A stretch of DNA of 64,000 bases from a virus: the IMG/VR virus record IMGVR_UViG_3300009509_000001, positions 96,001 through 160,000 of that record. One strand, 5' to 3'. Every line of letters begins with the position of its first letter. The first letter of the stretch is position 1. The notes beneath the pieces are model-generated. The model was not told the origin of the DNA. It did not search any database and was given only the letters and a program-made list of their open reading frames with translations. The position numbers were made by a program, and so were the translations under genes. Below are positions 54,641 through 64,000 of this stretch, in pieces.

Positions 54641-56281
54641 CTATTCTCCCTGTTGCTGGGTTTCTTCCATGTTTCCCTGCGCCGCCTGGAGCTGTGCCGC
54701 CAGAGCGTCGAGGTCGGGCATGCCGTCAGCCTGTGCGGCCGGTGCGGTCGTAGCCGGTGCGGTCGTGGTCACCGGCATTGCCGCCGCCTGCTGCTGCTGT
54801 GGCGCCTGGGAGGCGTTCGGCGGAGCGAGCGGAGCGTCGGACACTACCGGGGCCTGTGCCGGCTGCTGAGCCGGCTGCTGCGGCTGGGTCGGCGTGGTGA
54901 CGGGTGCGGACACCGGTACCGCGAGCGGAGCGGCGTTCTGCTGCGTCGATGCCGTCGGAGCGCCCGCTGGTGGCGGAGCCGGCATCGGTGCCTGCGTCTG
55001 CTGCGCCGGGGTCTGGGCCGGTGCGCTACCCATCGTGGCCAGTGCGGCCTGGATAGCAGCCTCGGGCAAACCCGCGGCGCGCAATGCTGCAACGCGCGGG
55101 TCGTCCGGGGCCTTGGGCGCATAGGGAATTCCGGCAGCGGCGGCCGCAGCCTTTATCGCCTCTTCCGGCAGGCCGGTTGCGCGCATTGCCGTAATCCGGG
55201 GATCCTCGGCGGCAAGGCCGGGAATCTGATCACCGGGAGCGGCCTGAGCCGCCTGAACGACGTGAGCCGTCGGCTGATACGACGGTGTCTGGGCCTGAGC
55301 CTGCACATTGATCGGAGCACAGCCCACGTACTTGGCGTAGGTCGGATGCTCCTGGAATGCCCAGGTCACGACGTCCGCGCCGCAGGCGAGCATGAGCTTC
55401 TGGAACAGATCCGCCAGCGTCGGCCGGAAGATGATGCTGTCCCAGCTGCAGAACGTGCCCTGATCATAGATGTGCTGGAAGACCGTCGCCGGATCGAGCG
55501 GAACGCTGACGTCCCGTTCGAACTTGTAGCGCGTGATCTTCATTCCCTGATCATTGGCAGAGGTGTAGTCGCTGATGCGGAGGCTGAAACCGTTCGGTCC
55601 GATCAGATCACCGAGAACGCTGTTCTCGACGCTGAGCGGCTGACTGGCGTCCAGCGGCGTGGTCATCCCTTCGACCAGGTTGTTCATGGCGGACTGCGAC
55701 ACGCGGAGAATCGTCTTGTGTTGGGCTTCCGGCTGCTTGCTCACGAAGTTGATCGGCTGCTCGCCGCGAATGAGAGTGGCCACACCGCGCATGAACAGCG
55801 TCGTGGCCGGAGGCCGAAGCTTCGGCCGCTTGTCGTTCGGGCCGCCGCCTTCCTTCTTCGTCAAAACCCAGTCGTGGATCCGCTGATAGACGGCGATCGC
55901 CTGGGAGTCGCCGCTCTGGGCGAGAGCCACGCCGTCGGTCTCCTGCAGATCGCGAAGGCGCTGGATGAGCACGTCGACCGGGCCGGCCACGTTCTCGATC
56001 GGATCGGTGACTTCGGTGATGCCGCTGATCTTCTCGGGACCGAAGTTGTTGATCGCCTGATACGGCGCGATCATCTGGCCGATGAGCTTGGCTCCCTGGT
56101 TGTCGTCCTTGAAGATCAGCTGGGGTTCAGGCTGCCCGTTCGCAAAGTGCGGGTAAAGCCTGATCACCGTGGGTTTGGCGAGCGCCACGTATTCGTTGCG
56201 CCAGCCGGCGTCGAACGCCCCGGGTGTCAGATAGAACAGTTTCTCCGAGCCGGAGCTCGAGGATCGATGAGTGTCACGCAT
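54641..56281 (-). CDS. Probable single-stranded DNA-binding protein with long A/P/Q-rich tail
   Basis: Position between polymerase and RecA; globular N-terminus followed by a low-complexity tail. Function inferred from context only. Confidence 0.5.
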   Translation of the reverse strand: MRDTHRSSSSGSEKLFYLTPGAFDAGWRNEYVALAKPTVIRLYPHFANGQPEPQLIFKDDNQGAKLIGQMIAPYQAINNFGPEKISGITEVTDPIENVAGPVDVLIQRLRDLQETDGVALAQSGDSQAIAVYQRIHDWVLTKKEGGGPNDKRPKLRPPATTLFMRGVATLIRGEQPINFVSKQPEAQHKTILRVSQSAMNNLVEGMTTPLDASQPLSVENSVLGDLIGPNGFSLRISDYTSANDQGMKITRYKFERDVSVPLDPATVFQHIYDQGTFCSWDSIIFRPTLADLFQKLMLACGADVVTWAFQEHPTYAKYVGCAPINVQAQAQTPSYQPTAHVVQAAQAAPGDQIPGLAAEDPRITAMRATGLPEEAIKAAAAAAGIPYAPKAPDDPRVAALRAAGLPEAAIQAALATMGSAPAQTPAQQTQAPMPAPPPAGAPTASTQQNAAPLAVPVSAPVTTPTQPQQPAQQPAQAPVVSDAPLAPPNASQAPQQQQAAAMPVTTTAPATTAPAAQADGMPDLDALAAQLQAAQGNMEETQQQGE

Positions 56282-56299
56282 GTGCTTTCCTCTTTTTGT

Positions 56300-58909
56300 T
56301 TAGGCGGCAGCCTCTTCAGGCCGCCACACTGTTAAGTTGCCGAAGTCGTCATACACGGGTTCCGCGTCTTTGTCCCAGCGTTCCATGAGACAACCTTCAG
56401 CTTCGATTCTTACGTCGGGAAGAATTTCCCGCATGGCTTCGACCATCAGCGCACTGATGATCGCGACGTCGTCGGCCGCCGTTTCAGCGGGCAATTCCAG
56501 CAACAGTTCGTCATGAATGAAATTGACGATCCGGTGCCTGTAGCGCGGGTCGCGCCACACCTTCCACAAAGCGCGCTTGGCCCCGATCGCAGCCAGTGAC
56601 TGGAACGGGAAGTTGCACGCGCTGTTGAAAGTGCATTTGCGACGCAGAACACCCATGATGTTCCGCGCCTTGCTGAGCCGCAGGTTCGGGTCGTTGAGGC
56701 GCTTCCGGTCGTAGTCGTTCACGACGTCGCTTTCCGGCGACATGTGATGGACCATTTCAGGGAACGCTTCGAACCACTTGGTCCGCAGCTCTTCACACTC
56801 TTCAAGGGTGATCTCGATGTTGCCGTAACCGCGCTGAGTGCGCAGGAACGTTTTGGCGCTCATGCCGCCGGGGAAGCCGAAGTTGGCCGCCTTGGCGTTT
56901 TTACGCTGCTTGGTCGGGACGTCCTTGAGGATCTCCACTACCCGGTCACGGGATTCAGTGGTGCCGTCGTAGTCGTTCTCCTCTGTGAGGAGACCCATCG
57001 TCTTGGCGGCGAACCATGAGTGGAGGTCGATTTTGGCGTTGATAAGTTCGAGCATCCGACTGAAGCCGTACATGCGGTAGCAGTGCTGCGCAAGGCTGCA
57101 TAGCTCCAGCTGGCTGTAGTCGATGGATGCGTAGATACATCCTGGCGCCGGTATGTACATGTCGCGAAGACCGCCGGAACCAGGAACGTTCTGGACGTTC
57201 GGCTTACTACTGGACGTCCTGCCCGTTCTTACGTAGTTTTCGTACCGTGTGTGCACCCGGCCGTCGGGCCATATGTGCGCCGGGTTCAGATACGTTGAAA
57301 TGAGTTTCTCGTTGTGCTTGTACTCGATGAAGAGCTCGATGAGCTTGTCCTCTATCTTGTACTTCTTGAAGATCCACATGTCCTTTTTGGACACCTGTAT
57401 CTTCACCTTCTTCGGGTCCTTGTCTTTGCCTCCGTCGGTTCGCGGGAATGTGACCCCGTTTTTCATTTCGATGGACTTCAGGCGGTCCTGCATGAAGGCT
57501 TCGCTCTTCAGGCAGTCACTCCAGTCGTTCCCGAGATTCGCGTAGCGCAATGCCTTGATCTGCATGTGCGTCGCGAATGTGGCAAGGTCGAACTCGCCCT
57601 CGATCAGAGGGTTCGATCCGGCCTTGGTCATGAACAGCTCGCGGATGACGAACGCGAGCGGCCACACGCTGAGCGTTTTGGCGGTAGCGAAGTCGTCGAG
57701 CCCAAGACCCTCCTTGGTCGTCTTGGATCTGCGGCCGTCGGACACTACGTACTGACTCGCCAGGTACCCACGGGCGATCTCGTTGAGACGCTTGCGCCAC
57801 TTACCGGCCTTGAACGGATTGATCCGGGCCTTCGCCGCGGGTTCGCAGAGAGCGGCCAGCTGCATGTTGTTCGCATGCTCCTCGGCCGCCGTCACTTTGT
57901 CGCGTTTCAGTTTTCCGGGCATGTCGTGCGCCATTTCTTCGATGGTGTGCCTGACCATGTCCTCGACCGTGAAGTACGGACACTCCTCCCGCTCGATGTT
58001 GGTGATCGCCCGGTTTACCGCCGTCCTGAATTCGTCCAGCGGCATGTAGGATGCCATCATGGACTGGACGAGCAGGTACTCCATCTTCGGCGCCGTCATC
58101 AACGGCAGGTCTCGTTCGATGCCGATGTAGTCGATCGCCGCCCGGATGACGTCCGAGGACGTTCCGCTCAGCAACGGGCAGTACCCCTGCATCTCGAGCT
58201 CCGCCAGGTCGCGGTGGAGCTTCGTGGTGTGGGATGCCAGCAGCGCATCGAAGATGCCACGATCCACGAGCATGCCGTTCCGGCTGATGCCGTCGAGGAC
58301 GATCGATCCCATGATCTGACTGTCGGCCTCGGTGGGCATCGGTGGTATCCGGTCGCCAAGAAGCCAGGTGGCCATGACGTCGTACGAGCCGTAGATCAGC
58401 TGGTTGAACGTCGGGTCCTTGGCCCTGGTGAAGTTGAGCCTGAGCTCGTCGTCCTTGGGCAGGTCCACGTTCAGAACGTTCCGGGCCATGCCCTTGAGGC
58501 TCGCCGGCTGACGGACGTATCCGCGCTCCGAGATGTCCCAGAGCTTGTACCTGTCCATCATGTCGATGATCCGCCGCTCGTCCACGAGGTCGTAAAGCTC
58601 GTCCATTCCCAGCACGCCGAGATCGTACGCCGCATTGACGAACACGATCTGCGATTCGGGATTGTACTTCAGCAGCTTCTCCATGTAGACCGGAATGTCC
58701 TGCCAGGTCACGAGATCGACGCGATCGCCGGCCGTCACCTGGAGCATCACGACGGCAGGGAACTCCTGCGCCACGAAAAGCTCGGTCTCGGTGTCGATCG
58801 ACAGCAGCGAGCCGATCACGGGGTCCTGGTCGGGCTCCCATGCGTTAAGCCAGAAGGTACGGTCACTCATGGTGACCACCTTATGGTTTATGCGTTTATC
58901 ATACGCCAT
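56300..58909 (-). CDS. polA: Family A DNA polymerase with 3'-5' exonuclease (869 aa)
   Basis: SIDTET, NAAYD, YGSYD; TGRTSSSKPNVQN, SIDYSQLEL, AKAANFG, IHDEL; start re-assigned to 58909. Confidence 0.95.
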   Translation of the reverse strand: MAYDKRINHKVVTMSDRTFWLNAWEPDQDPVIGSLLSIDTETELFVAQEFPAVVMLQVTAGDRVDLVTWQDIPVYMEKLLKYNPESQIVFVNAAYDLGVLGMDELYDLVDERRIIDMMDRYKLWDISERGYVRQPASLKGMARNVLNVDLPKDDELRLNFTRAKDPTFNQLIYGSYDVMATWLLGDRIPPMPTEADSQIMGSIVLDGISRNGMLVDRGIFDALLASHTTKLHRDLAELEMQGYCPLLSGTSSDVIRAAIDYIGIERDLPLMTAPKMEYLLVQSMMASYMPLDEFRTAVNRAITNIEREECPYFTVEDMVRHTIEEMAHDMPGKLKRDKVTAAEEHANNMQLAALCEPAAKARINPFKAGKWRKRLNEIARGYLASQYVVSDGRRSKTTKEGLGLDDFATAKTLSVWPLAFVIRELFMTKAGSNPLIEGEFDLATFATHMQIKALRYANLGNDWSDCLKSEAFMQDRLKSIEMKNGVTFPRTDGGKDKDPKKVKIQVSKKDMWIFKKYKIEDKLIELFIEYKHNEKLISTYLNPAHIWPDGRVHTRYENYVRTGRTSSSKPNVQNVPGSGGLRDMYIPAPGCIYASIDYSQLELCSLAQHCYRMYGFSRMLELINAKIDLHSWFAAKTMGLLTEENDYDGTTESRDRVVEILKDVPTKQRKNAKAANFGFPGGMSAKTFLRTQRGYGNIEITLEECEELRTKWFEAFPEMVHHMSPESDVVNDYDRKRLNDPNLRLSKARNIMGVLRRKCTFNSACNFPFQSLAAIGAKRALWKVWRDPRYRHRIVNFIHDELLLELPAETAADDVAIISALMVEAMREILPDVRIEAEGCLMERWDKDAEPVYDDFGNLTVWRPEEAAA

Positions 58910-59955
58910 ATTTCCTCTCTGGTGTATTCGGCCGGGTCGCCGTCGGGAAGCGTAAGCATGTGCGCTCCGCCCTCGAAAGCTCCGGCCATATTCCAACGTT
59001 CTGTGTAGGTTCGTGCGGCCTCCACCGCCTCCTCGTCGTCCTGGTCTGGTATCCACACGACGCGCTTGTCGCTGGCCATGGCATACAGGCGGTTCGCCTG
59101 TCGGCCGCTCGGCTTCTTGCCGAACATGGCCACGCCGCTGTCGCCGATGCGGACGGCATCGAATATGCCCTCGACCAGCACGATGGTGTCCGTGTGAATC
59201 GCACGGTCCATGTTGTACAGGACGAGGCTCTTCTTCGCGCCGGCGGGGATGTAGTACTTCGGCTTCCGTCGCCCGTCTTGGAAGAACTCCGGTATTTCTC
59301 CGTTGACCGGATACCGGGCCTGCCAGAAGGCGTATTTTCCGTCGAAGTACACGGGCATGATTACCGCCGGCACATCGTAGAAGTCGATCTTACCGTAGCG
59401 GAAATCCCAGTGCTTGGCAAGCTCGTTAAGATCATAACCTCTACCGGTCAGGTAATTTGTGATAATCGGATCACCACCGGGAACGTTGACGTAGAACGTA
59501 CTCGGGAAGACGACCGGCTTCACTTCAAGCGGCCCGTTGCTACAGGTCGAGTGGGTGACGACGTCCGGCTTCCATTTACCTTCGACGCTCTGGCAGAACT
59601 TCTTCCAGTACTCGTGATTGTTCATGCAATGCTCGTTGTAGCAATGGACGAGTCCCTTGCTGACGGGTATGTGCAGACCATTCACGTCGATGCGGCTCCC
59701 CCATGCATGGCAGACCCACAGTCGGTGGCGCTTGACGTCCTTGTCGTCACAGAACGGGCAGTTGATCGTGTAGTACTCACCACCCTCGTCCACCATGTCG
59801 GAACTTATCCGCATGTCGCTCAATCGGCCGCCGGTGGCCACGTCGACTACCGGCATTCTGCTGACGATCATCGGAGAGTCCTCGTTGACGATGACGACGT
59901 CTTCATACGCGGCGACCAGCGCCTTGTACAGTGGTTCATTCAACACGTTAATCAT
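58888..59955 (-). CDS. DNA primase (Zn-binding + TOPRIM)
   Basis: CPFC..HCYNEHC; LVEGIFDA; PDQD; DPAE. Confidence 0.85.
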   Translation of the reverse strand: MINVLNEPLYKALVAAYEDVVIVNEDSPMIVSRMPVVDVATGGRLSDMRISSDMVDEGGEYYTINCPFCDDKDVKRHRLWVCHAWGSRIDVNGLHIPVSKGLVHCYNEHCMNNHEYWKKFCQSVEGKWKPDVVTHSTCSNGPLEVKPVVFPSTFYVNVPGGDPIITNYLTGRGYDLNELAKHWDFRYGKIDFYDVPAVIMPVYFDGKYAFWQARYPVNGEIPEFFQDGRRKPKYYIPAGAKKSLVLYNMDRAIHTDTIVLVEGIFDAVRIGDSGVAMFGKKPSGRQANRLYAMASDKRVVWIPDQDDEEAVEAARTYTERWNMAGAFEGGAHMLTLPDGDPAEYTREEIWRMINA

Positions 59956-61411
59956 TCACTCCATAGTTGTCGTTCATTTGTTGTGACCGGTCCGGCGGAG
60001 CCTGTATGGGCTCCTGGGTGGCTCCGTACCCGGCGCTCAGATTCTCGACGAAGGCGCCGTTGCCGGGATCATGGAACTTCTCGGTCACGTCGTTGAACCG
60101 CATGTACGCGCCGTCCAGCTGTATGAGCCGGTCGTCGGTCTTGTTTCGGCGGTCCTTGCCCGGGATGAACCAGCATACCTGAAGCTGCCGATCCATGGTT
60201 CCGAGCACGCAGCACGAGTCGCATTTGTTCGGGAAAGACCTGAACTCGTGGGCATCGTGCTTGCTGGGTTTGTGGGTGGGGCCGCGCGTCTGCGCCTGGG
60301 TGTTGGTTTGGTGGAAAATCAGGAACGTGCAGTCGTTGCCCTCGTTCTCCTTGTACTGGTTCAGCTCGCTCATGAACTTCTCGCAGGTGCGCCGATACGC
60401 GCTGTCCGCCGAAGTCATATGTTCGTATCGCTGAACCATTTCACCGAGCCAGTCGACCATGACCAGGTCCGGATACCATCCGGTTTCCCGACGCTCCTCG
60501 TCCAGATGATCGGTAAGCTCCCGGACTCCACCGGTGCCTGCATCCTCGCCGACCATGTCGAGAACCACGAGGTACTCCTGGTACTGGTCGGCGGACTTGT
60601 TGATCTTGTCCATTATCACCGGGTCGATGTCGTCGTAGTCTATGTGACGCAGATGGTTCATCGATATTCCGGCAAGGTTCGCGAATATCCGCTGGGCGAC
60701 GTCCTCTTCAAGCGCCTGTTCGTACAGGGCTATGGCGACCTTTCGCCCCTCGCGGATCTGACGGGTTGCGACCATGACCATGTTGGTGGTTTTTCCGCCA
60801 CCGGTCGGGCCGAGGAACCCGTGAATCTCCTTCTTGTACCAGCTTCCGCCGGCGGCATCCCAGTAGTCGATCCCCCATTTGTACCGTGGCCGCACGCGCA
60901 GAACCTTTCGGCGGTTCTCCGCCCTCAGCGGGCGCTTGCGCACGCCCTGTTTGGGTATGACGCCCTCCAGGGTGTTCGACATGGATGCCAGGCTCTCGGC
61001 GAGCTTGTCGGCCTCCATGAGGTTCGAACCCATACCGGGCAGCTTGGTAAGAATGGCTTTGTGGAACGCTTCCTTCAGGAGCTTATGGGTGTGCGCCCGT
61101 GAAACGATGTTCAGGTTGGTGCCAAGGTGGTGTGCCACCTCGGCGACCTGCTTCGCAACCAGGATCTTCACCAGGGGGTCGCTCATCTCTATGTGAACTC
61201 TGGCCGAGTTGAACAGAATGAGCGGATTGGGGACCTCGTTCAAGGTCTTGTAGCTGTCGCGCAGGCAGTTCCACAGTACGCGGTATCCTGGTTCGGTCAT
61301 CGGGTTGAAGAGTTCGAGATCTACGCTCTTCTCAACCGTGTGACGCAACAGGTCCTCGTTGTAGTACAGCCCCACAAGCAGCAGCATGGGCTGTGAAAAC
61401 ACTGACATCAT
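59948..61411 (-). CDS. DnaB-like replicative helicase
   Basis: GPTGGGKT, ALYE, LVMVDWL, FHQTN. Confidence 0.85.
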   Translation of the reverse strand: MMSVFSQPMLLLVGLYYNEDLLRHTVEKSVDLELFNPMTEPGYRVLWNCLRDSYKTLNEVPNPLILFNSARVHIEMSDPLVKILVAKQVAEVAHHLGTNLNIVSRAHTHKLLKEAFHKAILTKLPGMGSNLMEADKLAESLASMSNTLEGVIPKQGVRKRPLRAENRRKVLRVRPRYKWGIDYWDAAGGSWYKKEIHGFLGPTGGGKTTNMVMVATRQIREGRKVAIALYEQALEEDVAQRIFANLAGISMNHLRHIDYDDIDPVIMDKINKSADQYQEYLVVLDMVGEDAGTGGVRELTDHLDEERRETGWYPDLVMVDWLGEMVQRYEHMTSADSAYRRTCEKFMSELNQYKENEGNDCTFLIFHQTNTQAQTRGPTHKPSKHDAHEFRSFPNKCDSCCVLGTMDRQLQVCWFIPGKDRRNKTDDRLIQLDGAYMRFNDVTEKFHDPGNGAFVENLSAGYGATQEPIQAPPDRSQQMNDNYGVND

Positions 61412-61423
61412 CTTTCCTTATAA

Positions 61424-61894
61424 TTATCCTGAGTGTGCCTCAGGCAGGTATGGATTGAACAGCGCCTCCCGATAGGCATCCGATTCCCAGCGGGCAGCAA
61501 CGTCGTTCAGGCCGTACGCCTTGGCATAGCGCACTCTGGCCGTAGCCGTCATGCCGGCAGCTTCGTTCTCTAAAGCTGCCCGCACACTCCCTTCAAGCTG
61601 ACTCAGCGAGACGAAAGCGACGGCGTCGGACTCGACTTTTACATTAGCCTCCTCCTTCATGAAATTCAACATGTCTTCAAGAAATACATCCCATTTGTCG
61701 GACAGGATGCAGTTTGCCGTCGCCCAGCTTGTCGCCGGCGCTTTTACGTTGCAGGCGAATGCCCGCAGGTAGACGGCCGGGTGGTAGCCGAGCCGGTCGC
61801 ACTTGTCGAGGATCTTCTGCCTCGTTGTGTACGTCCAGCTCGGCGTAATCCCGAACACGGCAGTCGCGCTCTGTTCTAATTGTGTATGGTCCAT
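61424..61894 (-). CDS. Hypothetical protein (156 aa)
   Basis: SD AGGAG. Confidence 0.7.
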   Translation of the reverse strand: MDHTQLEQSATAVFGITPSWTYTTRQKILDKCDRLGYHPAVYLRAFACNVKAPATSWATANCILSDKWDVFLEDMLNFMKEEANVKVESDAVAFVSLSQLEGSVRAALENEAAGMTATARVRYAKAYGLNDVAARWESDAYREALFNPYLPEAHSG

Positions 61895-63597
61895 CCGTGG
61901 CTCCTATAGACGGCCAGTCGTTTTTGTGTTCTGCTGTTGGCCCAGTCGTTGAACTCGTCGCGAAAGTCGATGAGTATGCCGCGCTGCTTGCCGGTTTCCG
62001 GCGAGAGCCTAGACAAACGACCGGGTATCTGGGTGCTGTTGACGAAGCTTGTGGCTCCGTCGGCTCGGATGAGCACGGACAGCTGCTGGAAGTCGACGCC
62101 CTCCTTCCACGTTCCGGTGGCGATGACGCGCTTCAGCTCGGCGGTCTCGAACTGCTTCTCAATCTCCTCCTTTTCCTTTGAGGACAGCAGCAGGCTGGAT
62201 TTGGCGACGCGCTTTCCGCCCGGGAGCTGGATGTACTCGTCCTGGCGGATGAGCACGTAGTCGCCTTCGCGCAGATCTTCGAGCTCGAGCTCGGCCAGTT
62301 CGTCGTAGGATGCCAGGCGCTTGCGGTAATTCACCGCGCGGCCGGCCGCCTTGGCGTTTTCCGTGAAGTCCTTCTCGGTGTAACGCGTTCCAACCCAGCC
62401 GTACACCGGAAGCGTCGGGTCTTCGGCCCGCTCCTCCGGCGTTATCAGCTTATAGGCGTGCGGCTCCGTTTGCCGCCACGTAACGGCGATCCGGGCCTGC
62501 TGCTCGTCGAGTCGGCGCCACTCGTGCGCATGGTACTCGAGTCGTATCTTTCCGAAGTGGACGACCGTGTACTCGGGCATCAGCGCGTGCAGCCTCACGG
62601 CGTGCTCGAGCGTATCGACCATGATCAGGCACTGTTCTTCCGCCGGAACCTTCGCGGAAACACGGCGGATCACGTCATTGCGCCGCTCGTGCTGCCAGTA
62701 GGACACCCGCTTGTTTCTGGTGGTGTCCTTGTACTCACGGATGGTTCCGCCGACCTTGACCATGTAGACGTCGATCGGTACGACGTTGCCGAGCTTTACG
62801 GCTTCATCGTATTCGAACTCCACAAGGAACTTGCCGAACAACGCCTCCATGCACATCTCGCTTTTGTCACCTCGCACCGGGCTGGCCGTGAAGCCGAACA
62901 TCCGGCACTTGTTGAAGTATGCGAGCGTCTTCGCCACGTCGTTGTCACCGACCCCATGAACTTCGTCGAAGAACAGCAGGTCGATAGTCGTCGGGTTCAG
63001 TTTGTGCATGCTCTTGGTGGTCGACACGGTTACCCGGCGGCCACGGACGTCATGCCCGCCGCCGACGATTCCGACCTGATCTTCGCCAAGCGCCTCCACC
63101 AGATTCCGGTAGAGCGTGTTGACGACGGAGACCCGCGGACTCGTGACCAGTACCCGCGTGTTCGGGTACATCTTGCAGCATTGTTTGATGATGAACGATT
63201 TGCCGAAGGCGGTGGCCGCCTTGATGATGCCGCAGTCCTGGTAGGCGATCTGCAATATGCACTTGTCCTGCCCAGGCCGCAGCTTGTCGAGGTTCGTGAA
63301 GTCCGGCGCCGGTTTGACGCGGGCCAGATCCCGATGGTCGGCGATTTCCCAGGTGTGGCCACGCGCCCGGAGAAACTCCAGGACGCGGGCCAACAGACCG
63401 GCAGGAAAACAACCGACGGTAGGGGTGTTATCGGGGACGCTGTACAATCGACGCTGATGAAAGGTCGTGCGTGGTTCGTCGTCCGGAATGTACCCGTGCC
63501 TGTGATCCACTCGAGTGAACGTGAGTTCGTCGTTCAACGACGGCATCCACGGCTCGAGCGAACACAGGTTGTAGGTCTTGCCGATCTTTACGTGCAT
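61876..63597 (-). CDS. SF2 DEAD/DEAH helicase (UvsW-like) with ~120-aa insertion
   Basis: ATAFGKS, DEVH, TAS, EGVDF, QIPGRLSR. Confidence 0.9.
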   Translation of the reverse strand: MHVKIGKTYNLCSLEPWMPSLNDELTFTRVDHRHGYIPDDEPRTTFHQRRLYSVPDNTPTVGCFPAGLLARVLEFLRARGHTWEIADHRDLARVKPAPDFTNLDKLRPGQDKCILQIAYQDCGIIKAATAFGKSFIIKQCCKMYPNTRVLVTSPRVSVVNTLYRNLVEALGEDQVGIVGGGHDVRGRRVTVSTTKSMHKLNPTTIDLLFFDEVHGVGDNDVAKTLAYFNKCRMFGFTASPVRGDKSEMCMEALFGKFLVEFEYDEAVKLGNVVPIDVYMVKVGGTIREYKDTTRNKRVSYWQHERRNDVIRRVSAKVPAEEQCLIMVDTLEHAVRLHALMPEYTVVHFGKIRLEYHAHEWRRLDEQQARIAVTWRQTEPHAYKLITPEERAEDPTLPVYGWVGTRYTEKDFTENAKAAGRAVNYRKRLASYDELAELELEDLREGDYVLIRQDEYIQLPGGKRVAKSSLLLSSKEKEEIEKQFETAELKRVIATGTWKEGVDFQQLSVLIRADGATSFVNSTQIPGRLSRLSPETGKQRGILIDFRDEFNDWANSRTQKRLAVYRSHGWTIHN

Positions 63598-64000
63598 TAC
63601 TTCCAGAAGCCCTTGGTCTTGATGTTGAGCACCGACTTCATGGGTTCGAGTTCGCCGCGAACGCCATCGAGGACGGCTTCGGCGGCATCGGCGCGCTTGT
63701 TCGCATCGACCAGCTTCGCCTGGATTTCGGCCAGCTCGGACGGATCGGCCTTGCGACCCATCTGCTTGCGAACCTGCTTGGCGATGTTCTTCAGGATCTT
63801 GGCCATCTCCACACTGTTCGCGTGAGTCAGGTCCTTGACGCCTTTGACCAGATCCGGCAACAGAACGTCCAGAGCTTCCTGAACATCGTAGTCATCGGCC
63901 TGGGGCTTCGGGGCGGGCTCTCCACTTCCGGGGCTCTGGGAGCTTCCGGGCTCCTCTGCGCTTTCTTCAGGGGTATCGGCCCCGACTTCAGCTGCTTGTG
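63597..64000 (-). CDS. C-terminal part of a hypothetical protein (5' truncated by window edge)
   Basis: Frame is open from 63998 to the stop at 63597; TAATG-coupled to the helicase. Confidence 0.7.
   Translation of the reverse strand, partial: QAAEVGADTPEESAEEPGSSQSPGSGEPAPKPQADDYDVQEALDVLLPDLVKGVKDLTHANSVEMAKILKNIAKQVRKQMGRKADPSELAEIQAKLVDANKRADAAEAVLDGVRGELEPMKSVLNIKTKGFWK

Noticed and set aside
53645-56335. Long plus-strand ORFs (e.g. 896 aa here; also 3619-4989, 24146-25486, 57314-59008, 62458-63825)
   Set aside because: Antisense shadows of real minus-strand genes in GC-rich DNA; no SDs and no recognisable motifs.
56300-63597. Inteins or introns in the polymerase and helicases
   Set aside because: Inserts lack Cys/Ser starts, His-Asn ends and homing-endonuclease motifs, and the reading frames are continuous.
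1-64000. Stop-codon reassignment
   Set aside because: TAA, TAG and TGA all end genes at tight overlaps, and conserved genes are intact under code 11.

Overview
A 64 kb, GC-rich segment of what looks like a large bacteriophage genome (or phage-like episome). The evidence is sigma70-type promoters, Shine-Dalgarno sites, tightly overlapping start/stop codons and phage-type replication genes; no capsid, portal or terminase gene lies in the window, so virion status is inferred. Nearly all genes are on the minus strand and use the standard code. In transcription order (right to left): (1) a replication/recombination operon at 63.6-49.6 kb with SF2 helicase, DnaB-like helicase, primase, family A DNA polymerase, probable SSB, RecA/UvsX and an apparently inactivated DnaQ-like exonuclease; (2) a ~3.85 kb non-coding region at 45.75-49.6 kb dense in two palindrome families and long perfect stems; (3) ruvC and a short divergent junction holding the only two plus-strand genes; (4) about 65 small accessory genes at 44-11.7 kb, including DUF932, GP88-like, SbcD/Mre11, a solo DndB-like DGQHR protein with a structured leader, an adenine methyltransferase, MazG-like and XRE-HTH genes; (5) a promoter overlapped by tandem NrdR-like boxes that fires into an intrinsic terminator; (6) a cluster of lysine-rich, glycine-zipper proteins punctuated by a K-T-A/K-x-A motif at 11.6-1.2 kb, headed by a 941-aa multidomain protein (Acb1-like 2H phosphoesterase, inorganic pyrophosphatase, small beta domain, membrane hairpin, HAD phosphatase); (7) three tandem promoters and three terminators, then a DegT-family aminotransferase that runs off the left edge and was missed by the ORF track. 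All family assignments come from motif recognition by eye; no database searches were run.
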